Shown: positions 41,592 through 64,000 of the stretch, in pieces
How the letters are laid out: every line of letters begins with the position of its first letter
Numbering within the stretch: position 1 is the first letter of the stretch
Source: Salpingoeca rosetta
Taxonomy: Eukaryota; Protista; Choanoflagellata
NCBI GenBank assembly: GCA_033442325.1
Contig: JAWQFM010000018.1
Coordinates: 760,617 to 824,616 of the forward strand
Direction of reading: 5' to 3'
DNA length: 64,000 nucleotides
Translations under genes and position numbers: made by a program
The notes under the pieces: model-generated
Seen by the model: only the letters and a program-made list of their open reading frames with translations
Told to the model about the DNA's origin: nothing
Database searches by the model: none

Positions 41592-42675
41592 ATGTTCCGG
41601 CGGAACAGGAGACGGCAAGGGAGCGGCAGCTCGGGCCCCGGTGGGAAAGCAGGCGGTAATGGCGGCAACGGTGGTACGTCGAGGCTGCTGATGAAGGCAA
41701 ACCTGCGTGGCCCATCTGCGCTTGATCGCAACCGTGCGCCGGCATCGGAGACGCTGGCCATCCGCCGCGGTGGACTTGCGGCCGCAGCCAAGACAGCAGA
41801 GGTGTCGGCGGAGCGGCCCAAGTTTGAGCTGCCGCCAGATGACCCGAGCCACCCCTACGACGCCATGACGCTGGTCAAGGGATCCATGGGCGCAGCCCAG
41901 TGCCACATCCTTTCCTTCGTCGGCACCACCGCCAGCGCCAACCTGCACCGGCTGCCGCGGCCGCTGCAGTTCTGGAAGCAGCTGCCCGAGGAGCTGTTTG
42001 AGGAGCGCGACGTGCACGAGGGCGAGGGCAGTGAGTTTGGCTCGCGGCAGAGGGAGCAGGCCCGCCGCCGCCGATACGAGCGTCGGCTCCAGAACCACCC
42101 AGAGCTCAGGGAGGCTGCGCAGCTGTGCTTTGAGGACGGCGAGTCAAAGGAGTACGTCAGCACACGGCGCTCCAGCAAGTCGTCTGGGTACCGCTACTTC
42201 TTCGTCATGCCCGGGGCGGAGGAGGGCGTGTTCCAGGCGGTGCCGGCCGACAACTACTACGAGGTGCGCGCCAAGCCGAAGATGACAACGTTCACGGAGG
42301 AGGAGGCCGAGGAGCTCATGACGAAGAAGAGCATGACCGTCACCAAACTGGAGCGGAAGCTGGAGGACAAGCGCCAGCAGGAGATCTTTGAGCGGCGGCA
42401 GCTGCGCGAGCGCATGAAGCTCGTCGATAACCCCGATGAGGACGAGCCCGCATATGACGACGAGGAGTCGCGTGATCTCGCGCGTCTTGGCCGCAGGCAG
42501 CGCCGCACCAACGACGTGAGCCTGGTCAAGTCCATTGAGCAGGACGGCGAGGACGACATTGACAACGTCGAGGACGGGTTTGAGCCGCCAGCAGAGGACC
42601 AGGTCTACGCCATCCCAGACCAGTCAGGTGTGTGTGTGTGTGTGTGGTTGGGGGGGTGTCTGTTTTCGTACTTTC

Positions 42676-42743
<68 letters not shown>

Positions 42744-44050
42744 ATGTGTGTGTCTGTGTGTCTGTGTGCGTGTGCACGTGTGTCTGTCTGTCTTCTATTT
42801 GTGCCCTCGCCTGAAGCCAAGCGGCTTGTGTCCAGAAACGCTCACATGCCACCATCACCACCATCACGGGGGATCAGACCGGGTGGGGATGGTGCAAGAC
42901 AGCACGCTTGAGAGCGGGGAGCAGCGGCTGGAGATGCAGCGCTACTTTGGCGAAAAGGAGGAAGAGGATGAGGACGAGGACGGTGAGCCCGTTGACGAAG
43001 ACAACGACGATGTGAAGGAGCAGCAGCAGGAGCGCGAACACGAGCTCAAGTGCGTACACATGTGTTGTGTGTGTGTGTGTGTGTGTGTGAGTGTGTGTGT
43101 GTTTGCGATGGGGTGTGTGTGTGTGTGTGAGTGAGTGTGTGTTTGCGATGGGGTGTGTGTATGTGTTTGCGATTGTGTGTGTGATAGTGAGTGAGTGTGT
43201 GTATGTATCTGTGTGTGTATACGTGAGTGCGCATATAGATGTTTGCATTCGTGCCAATTGCGTGCTTCTTGTTCGGCTCAACTCCACTTGCACAATCACG
43301 CTGTGCGTCAGGGTGTTGCACGGCATTGAGGAAGAGAAGGAGCAGCGCGATGATGAAGAGGAGGAGGAGGAAGGAGGAGGAGAGGGAGAGGAAGACGACG
43401 ACGATGTGCCTTCAGACTTTGACCGTAAGTGAGACTGAGCATGTGTGTGTGTGTGTGTGCTCTTTGTCGTGTAATGGAACACATCGCTTGCTCCCGTGCC
43501 GCCATCGCTCAACTGCATCCACCCTACGCTGCACACATGCACGTATGTATGTGTGTGTGTGTGTATGTGCCTGCAGCTGATGAAGAGCCGGATGACTTGG
43601 AGATGGAGGACGAGGAGGATACGTCCGCGCAAAAGGTGAGTCACGCTGCAAGTGCGGCTGTGTCCGCGTGTGCTCTGTCTTGCATCAATTTTCAGCCTGT
43701 TCACGCACATACTCACACATACTCACACACACACATACACACACATGCTCACAATGACATGCCCATGTTTCGCCTGCGTGCGTTACAGCCTGCATCACAG
43801 CGCGGCCGGAAGAAGAAAGGACAAACAGGTGAAGAGCGCGGGTGGTGTTGAAGGTGGTGGTGTCGGTCGCATGGACGTGCGTTGGGATGACTGCGTTACA
43901 CTTGCTGTGTGTTCTTCATCCTGCTCACGCTTCTGCATCCAAATGTGTGTGTGTGTGTGTGCGTGTGTGCGTGTTGTTGTTGTTGTTTGCTTTCTCGTCG
44001 CAGGTGCACAAGAGTCAAAGCGCAAAACAAGGTGAGATGACCGCAACACG

Positions 44051-44089
<39 letters not shown>

Positions 44090-44180
44090 GGCTCATGTCG
44101 TGCTCACATGCGTTCATGGTGTGTGCGTATTTGAATAAAGGGGCCGGCCGCCATCGTCGAAGCGAGCGAAACGCGGATAG
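41592..44180 (+). CDS. GTF2F1: Transcription initiation factor IIF alpha subunit (RAP74/Tfg1), multi-exon
   Basis: RYFFVMPGAEEGVFQAVPADNYYEVRAKPKMTTFTEEEAEELM matches the RAP74 YYIF...FEAFPVxNWYxF...LTxEEAEE block, followed by acidic exons. The 3' end (GRPPSSKRAKRG*) is tentative. Confidence 0.75.
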
Positions 44181-44350
44181 GGATCTTCATGCTGTTGTCA
44201 TTGCTGCTGCTGTTGATGATGAGGGTTGATAGTGCATACCTTTGTCTTGTTTGTCCAATAACCTGCCATAGCACACACATTCCCTTTCCGTACTCTCCCC
44301 TCATTATGGCATGTGTGCAAAAGAGTGGTTCAGTTCCGTTACTTTATCAG

Positions 44351-44384
<34 letters not shown>

Positions 44385-44590
44385 GCAGAAGAAGCAAAGC
44401 AGGTTGGAGTAGACAACCACGTTCCCAATCACACAGGCGGCAAACGCCAGACATAACGGCGAAACAAAGTTCACACGCGCGTTCGCCGCAGGAATGGCAG
44501 TGCAGCCTGTGGTTGGTGTTGCCATGGTGATAGTGCACGTGTTGTGGCCACGTGGATGGATTGAGCCAGCGACAGCACAGACTCAATTGA

Positions 44591-44661
<71 letters not shown>

Positions 44662-44993
44662 CGGTACATGACGCGCAATGGTGTGACGGATCGCAACACT
44701 ACAGCACAAGATACAAGAGAATCGCAAGACACGGCAAAACAAGAAATAGCAACGCACGATGGGAAGATGCAATCCCATCAGGCGAACGAGCAGCACAACC
44801 CAGACAGGAGCGAATAGTAACAAAGCATCACAGCAACAAAGCAGTAGTGGTGGTGGTGGCGAGCAGAGCCCACACGCGAGCTTGATGGAGGTCCAATATA
44901 CACGATGGAAGGGGGAAGAGGAATGGGAGCAATGGATGATGAAAAAAGGGGGGGGGGGGGAGGGGGAAGGGAAGACTGTTTGGGAGCTTGTGC

Positions 44994-49754
<4,761 letters not shown>

Positions 49755-50326
49755 GTTGGTTCACTCCTGCGTGCTGTGTATGTCTGAGCGACGTTGGCTT
49801 CACGCAGAGGGTGGGAGGAGGAAGAACAAGGAAACACAAGAAGCAAAGCCTCGAGGCTGGGATGGGCTGGGTGGCTTGGATAGATGCCTGGGATGGATGA
49901 ATGAGAGGCGCTGTTGCTGTCGGGTGTTGTTGCTGTCGGGTGTTGTTGCTGCGCTTCGCCGATCAGACCACCGAAGCTCTGGCTGGTGGGTGAGGACGCG
50001 AAGGATCACAGCAGCGGATGCAGAAGCAAGCCGTGCTGCTGACTACAGCAACGAGCAGCAAGAGGGCAGGGGAAGGAAGGGAGGAGAAGGGGGAGGGAAG
50101 ATGGGATGGGAAGAATGGCGATCATGTGCTGATAATCGCTTGGTTGCACGACGCCAACTCTTGCTTGGCCTTTGTGTCGTGCGGTGTTTTGTTTCTGCGT
50201 GGGTGTCATCTCACGATGATGTTGGTGATGGGTGGCGGTGGCCGCGAAAGGTTGATGCCTCAAAAGAACGTGGTCGCGCGTGATAGTGGTATGCAAGAAC
50301 GCATATGTTACTGTGCTACAGTGGAA

Positions 50327-50588
50327 NNNNNNNNNNNNNNNNNNNNNNNNNNNNNNNNNNNNNNNNNNNNNNNNNNNNNNNNNNNNNNNNNNNNNNNNNN
50401 NNNNNNNNNNNNNNNNNNNNNNNNNNNNNNNNNNNNNNNNNNNNNNNNNNNNNNNNNNNNNNNNNNNNNNNNNNNNNNNNNNNNNNNNNNNNNNNNNNNN
50501 NNNNNNNNNNNNNNNNNNNNNNNNNNNNNNNNNNNNNNNNNNNNNNNNNNNNNNNNNNNNNNNNNNNNNNNNNNNNNNNNNNNNNNNN
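50327..50588. other. Assembly gap (262 N)
   Basis: Run of N. Confidence 1.
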
Positions 50589-50680
50589 CCGCCCGAGCGA
50601 GGTGTGTGTATATGCGAGATGTGCGAGCGCAAGGGGCGTAGAGAGTGGAGAGTGTGCTGCAACAACGCGCGATGATGGTG

Positions 50681-50771
<91 letters not shown>

Positions 50772-50895
50772 CAGGTGAGAGGGAACACACACGGGTTAGC
50801 TGTCGAGAACTCAGTCATCTCCTGCGTTGCCGACTCTTGTGTATGTGTGCATGTGCAGAGACGTTTGCAGAGAAACTTGAGAACAAGCAAGAACC

Positions 50896-53504
<2,609 letters not shown>

Positions 53505-53984
53505 TGGCAGCAGCTGTTGCAACCTCGTCAACAAGGGCCCTTCTCCCCTCTTGCTCTCTTCATCCGTCCTTTTACATGTCCCATCTTTGTCCTGCACCAC
53601 CCCCAACCCACATATGTTCTTGATTTTGCGCCACTTCTGACCTTTCAAGACACTCCTTCAAGCCCCCTCTTGCCCCATCTCCCACACACCAACGTTCCTC
53701 TCCCTCTTCAGCCACTGGTTTCCCTCTTTTCCAAGTAAACACACCTTGTTCCAGTGGATGTACTCTTGATACAGGAAGGCAAGAAAGCGGGACAGAGACA
53801 GACAGGTAGACAGATCAACAGAGACACACAGAGAGCAGGTACACACACACACACTCACTCACACACTCACACACACTCACTCACACACACTCACACACTC
53901 ACTCACACACTCACTCACACACATGCCCAAATTCCACCCAACACAACTCAAACGAAGCAGTCAAGCAAGCGCGAAAGGCAGCAG

Positions 53985-54231
53985 TCACTCTTGGTCCAAT
54001 CTCGTCTTGTGCATGTAAGCCATGACCGTCGCCAGCACAGCAACCCTATGCATGGATGAAGACGGGAGGACGTAATGAGCCAGTACAAAAGCACAAATCA
54101 AGTGCCGTAGATGCGTGTCGTGAGCGTGGCAGCAGCATGTTCAAGCGCGAGTACAGTGTGCACACGCACAAGAACAAACACGTCCAACGTGACTGCACCC
54201 AGCAGCACCACCAGTACCACCAGCAACTACC

Positions 54232-54262
<31 letters not shown>

Positions 54263-55121
54263 GCAACCAACAACAGCAGCAGCAGCAGCAGCAGAAGCAA
54301 CGAGTGCCACGAGAAACTCACGGGACTTGTGTGAAGCTGGAGTAGTCGCCGCTGTACTTGTGGTTGGCCAAGCCAGAGGCGGCGCAGAAGATGGCCACCC
54401 ATCCAAGCGCAATGCTCTGTTGAGAAGAGGGCAACGTGCGTGACGGTCAAGGGAGGCATTGCCACATGAAAACAAGATGCCGTGGGGCAGTGTGAGGAAA
54501 ACATGAAGAGCGCATTCACACACAGCGACACAAAAGAGGCGCAAGCATGGTCGGCAATAGCGTGGCATCTCACCCTGAAGAAGAACGCGCCCATGGCACT
54601 CAACAGAACGAGAACGTGCATCACTGCAGTCGGCAGCGATGCAAGGGTGTCAGAGTAAGTGGTGACAATGTGCCGGGCAAGTGTGCGCATGATCACGCAG
54701 CGTTTACAAGAGCGGACGGCGTACACACACGCACGCACATACACAAGCATACACGCACACACGCACATACACAAGCATACACAAACGCACGCACATACAC
54801 ACATGCATCTCCACTTTGCGTTACCATCTTGTGAAGGTTGGTCCTTGTATGGAGACACGTACTTGCGCCACCTCGCCGCCTCGAATCTGCAACAAGTGCA
54901 TGTGGTCGTGTGATTTACAGTTATTGGATTGTTGGGTGATGATTCGCCTGTGTCTGGTCGTGCTTTGCACACGTCGCAGTGACAGACACGAACATGCAAA
55001 GTGCACAGCTCACTCACGAGTGGTGCGGTGTGCGCTTGTGAGTGGGCTTTGGATCCATTTGCTGCGATTCCTTCTCAGCACCAGCAGCACCAGCTGCTTT
55101 CGTCGCCGCACCGCCGCTCAT
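53985..55121 (-). CDS. WDR83OS: PAT complex subunit Asterix (WDR83OS/UPF0139), 5 exons; not in the ORF track
   Basis: Spliced product MSGGAATK...HHS|FEAARWRKYVSPYKDQPSQD|VMHVLVLLSAMGAFFFR|SIALGWVAIFCAASGLANHKYSGDYSSFTQVP|VAVLATVMAYMHKTRLDQE* parallels Asterix (DYMNLLGMIFSMCGL...AWVAVYCSFISFAN...AVVMSYL). Confidence 0.8.
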
Positions 55122-55156
55122 CTTGGGTGGTTAACTTTTATGCTGTCGTAAACCAA

Positions 55157-55172
55157 AAACTGACTTCAGTTT
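55157..55172. promoter_or_regulatory. AAACTGACTTCAGTTT palindrome about 40 bp upstream of the Asterix ATG
   Basis: Variant of the recurrent ACTGANNTCAGT motif. Confidence 0.45.
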
Positions 55173-55274
55173 GCAGAGATGAGGAACTGCTTCTCTGCTA
55201 ACACCACAACGTCACGTCAACGCATTCACTCACATCAACGCACATACACACACGCGCGGTTGTCATGTCACACG

Positions 55275-59236
<3,962 letters not shown>

Positions 59237-60071
59237 ACTAGTAGTGGTTGTGCTTGAGGTAGTGGTGGTTGGGGTGGTGGTGGTAGAGGTGGTGGTGGTA
59301 GAGGTGGTGGTGGTGGTGGTGGTGGTAGAGGTGGTGGTAGAGGTGGTGGTGATGGATGGTGGGGAAAATAATGCCTCTGTTCAACGAATGTGGCAAGTGG
59401 TTGATGGTTGGTGGTGGTTTGATGGGTGGTTGGTTGTGATGTGAATGAGACAGAGAAGGGCAAGCGCCACAGAGGCAAGGGCAAGTGATGCAAGGGTAAT
59501 CGATGCAAGCAAGGACAATTAATGTGAGGCAAGCGCTTTCCAAGAACGGTGGTGGGAAAGCGAGCTCGTGGGTGTGATACGACATTTGACAGACAACGCC
59601 ACCACAAAGCGGGAAGACGTGACACGACGGTGCTGTGCTTGACTTACAGCTTACAGCAAGGCCCAGTAATGTCGTGCTGAAATGAAGGAAAACTGCAATG
59701 ATCTGGCGAGAAGGAGTAGGTCACTCCTGTTGTGTGAATGTGCGTGCAATTGCGTTTTGAGTGGGGGGGGAGTGTGAGTGCGCGCAATCAATCGTGAGTG
59801 CGTGCAATCGTGTGCACGTCAGTGAGTATGAGCGGGAAGCGAGTGCGTGGGAGCGTGCGACGAAGTGAGGAGAGGCTAATCGATTCCAGGAATCCAAACC
59901 AAAACAACACGCACAACAACAACACAAAGAGCGATGAGCAGAATCGGGCGCACCGCCACCTTGGTTGAAGAGAAATGGTGGGCATCTTTCGTTGATCTTC
60001 TACAACGAAGCTCAAGGGGAGCAAAAGGTCAGCCAGTGCGGCGTTTGGGTGGGTGTTGCGCACTTGCTTAG

Positions 60072-61883
<1,812 letters not shown>

Positions 61884-61923
61884 TGCAGCAACACCTGTGT
61901 GAGCATCGAGATGTGACACGTAC

Positions 61924-61983
<60 letters not shown>

Positions 61984-61988
61984 GTGTG

Positions 61989-62027
<39 letters not shown>

Positions 62028-62569
62028 GTGTGTGTGTGTGTGTAGTGCAGTGTCGTTTGTCTTCTACTTTCGTGTTTGTAGTTGTGTGTGTGTGTGTGTC
62101 GTGTCGTGTGTCTCCTACTTTTATGTTTGTAGTTGTGTGCAGTTGTGCGTCAACATTGTGCATATGTCGAAGGGTGCCTGAGTGTGCACTTTGTCTCCTC
62201 TTGCGTATGTGGCCCCATTTGCTTTCGAGTAGTGTATCATTTACTTGCTTCAATAGACCATCGCAACAACAAGATAGACCGGCTATCGATTGCGCGGCGA
62301 TGCAGAAGGGGAAAGTGGGCAACAGGGTGACAATGGCACGCTCAGCATGCGCACGGCCGCCACACAGGAGTGGAAGCATGTGAAGTTCAAAACGTAGAGG
62401 AAACAGATGCTACGCACGAGAAGGAAGAGCACTGGAACGCGGATAACACCCGAGCGTGCCTTTCAAGACAGTCACGTACGTACTGACAGACACACACACG
62501 CTTCTACAACACACACACACACACACACACACACACTATCACACGCACATGCACACACACACACACACA

Positions 62570-62638
<69 letters not shown>

Positions 62639-62649
62639 CCAATTTGCAC

Positions 62650-63409
62650 TCATGCTGGCGGCCGCAACGAGAAGGTTGGTCCTCGCTGTGCTTTTGCGGC
62701 TTCAACCACCTTTTTGCGGTGCTCTCGATATCGCTGCCTGCGCTCTTCCTTGTACTTCTTCAGCCGTTCCACCTCCTTTGCCGGGTCCTGTTTGGCATGT
62801 TCCCACCGCAGCGTTGGGTTCTTCTCCAGCATTCGAATCCGCTCCAGCTCCTGCACAAAGGAAAGGGCAGCGATGGAGAGTGAGAACGAACGAAGGATTG
62901 TGCGTGTGCGTATGCAAGTGAGTGTGCGTGTGCGTATGCGAGTGAGTGTGCACGTGTGTGCGCGTATGTGTGTGCATACGTGTATGGGTGCGTGTGTGTG
63001 TGTGTGCTGTTGGGTAAAAAGAAGATGTGTCGGATGAAAACAAAAGCAAAAGCAAAAGCACATCGTACAATGGTGATTGGGTTCTTGGCTGGGGCCTTCT
63101 TCTTGTTCTTCTTCTTTGCTTTTGGGCTCGTGCCCCCGCCGCCACCGGCACTGCTACTCGACGCTTCTACACATTGATGTGCATGTGATGTGTATGTGAT
63201 GTGCATATGTCAAATTCAAAAAAAAATGACTCCAATCACACCTTATCCGCGCAGACTCGCATACAAACGAACACCTGCAAACACACACATACACATGTCA
63301 CACATACACACATGTACACACGTGAGACACCACACACGACACACATGTACGCACTCTTCTTCTTCTTGTCCTGCTTCTTCTTGGAGTGCTTCTTGGACTC
63401 GTCCCCCAT
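62650..63409 (-). CDS. LIAT1-like small basic protein, about 117 aa (exons 63409-63355, 63166-63069, 62850-62650)
   Basis: Poly-Lys N-half plus PTLRWEHAKQDPAKEVERLKKYKEERRQRYR, resembling the Liat1 domain (SLRW...DPxxExERIxxYKxxRRxRY). Confidence 0.7.
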
Positions 63410-63497
63410 CTTTGTTGGGAGCGGTGGAAACAGTCGATCGTCGTTGGGAAGTGACCGCCGTCTGCAACAGCATAAACCGCATTTCTCTCCACCTCTA

Positions 63498-63515
63498 TCG
63501 ACTGAATTCAGTCGA
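63498..63515. promoter_or_regulatory. Perfect 18-bp palindrome TCGACTGAATTCAGTCGA in the bidirectional promoter between the LIAT1-like gene and DHX16
   Basis: Direct reading; lies in the 216-bp gap between divergent ATGs 63409 and 63626. Confidence 0.55.
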
Positions 63516-63625
63516 ATCGATACCACCAGCACACAACAGAGACGAGAAGCGGAAGCGGAGAACGTTCCACTCGCACACTCACATCACACGCTCGCACGCT
63601 TCACATCACACCACACACAGCCACG

Positions 63626-63783
63626 ATGAGTTTGAAGCAGTGGGTGTCGGACGAGCTGCACAATGTGCTTGGCTTCTCCGACTCGACGGTAGCGGAGTTC
63701 ATCATGGCGTCTGCATCCAAGGCGTCGTCTGCGGCGGCAATTCTGGATATCCTCGAAGCCTCTGGCGCTGTTTCAAACCAACA
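63626..63783 (+). CDS. DHX16: First exon of DEAH-box splicing helicase DHX16/Prp2 (partial; continues beyond the window)
   Basis: MSLKQWVSDELHNVLGFSDSTVAEFIMASA resembles the DHX16 N-terminus (WVQDELHSVLGLSE..VAQFLI). GTGCGT donor at 63784. Confidence 0.72.
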
Positions 63784-64000
63784 GTGCGTACAATGTGCTC
63801 GTGTTGTGTGTGTGCATGCATGATGTTGGCGTGTGTGTGTCGGAGGGGTGAGTGGATGGCTGCTGTGGGAAGGATAGTGTGTCAGGGGGTGTGATGTTGT
63901 GTATTTGAATGCGCTGAATGTGTTTTTTTTTTTCTTTTTTGATTGACCAATGGGGATCTCGCACGTTGTGTTGGGTGTGCGGCAGGGTTGCCCGCACGTT

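Overview
Eukaryotic, intron-rich, GC-rich genomic DNA packed with (CA)n/(GT)n microsatellites, with GTGCGT/GTGTGT/GTGAGT donors and poly-Q/poly-T coding tracts. The style suggests a choanoflagellate such as Salpingoeca rosetta (inference from composition and gene content). By splicing manually I reconstruct 15 protein genes: an atypical bZIP factor, a FAM161-family protein, an orphan, COG7, a C-terminal 8-Cys zinc-finger protein, an LRR + PIN-nuclease protein, a coiled-coil + GAR protein, TFIIF-alpha, a secreted SMB/Kelch protein, SDHB, Asterix/WDR83OS, a PTP-SH3 phosphatase, an E. coli-type purB, a LIAT1-like protein and the 5' end of DHX16. There are three assembly gaps, and I see no rRNA, tRNA, CRISPR array or transposase. 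The most notable observations are: (1) a spliced 8-Cys domain whose spacing resembles a nuclear-receptor DNA-binding domain; (2) an LRR-PIN-RGG nuclease architecture; (3) a recurrent ACTGANNTCAGT palindrome just upstream of several start codons; (4) introns with complementary 5' (GU)n and 3' (CA)n arms; (5) a LIAT1-like protein in a probable non-animal. All family calls come from motif recognition, not database searches.
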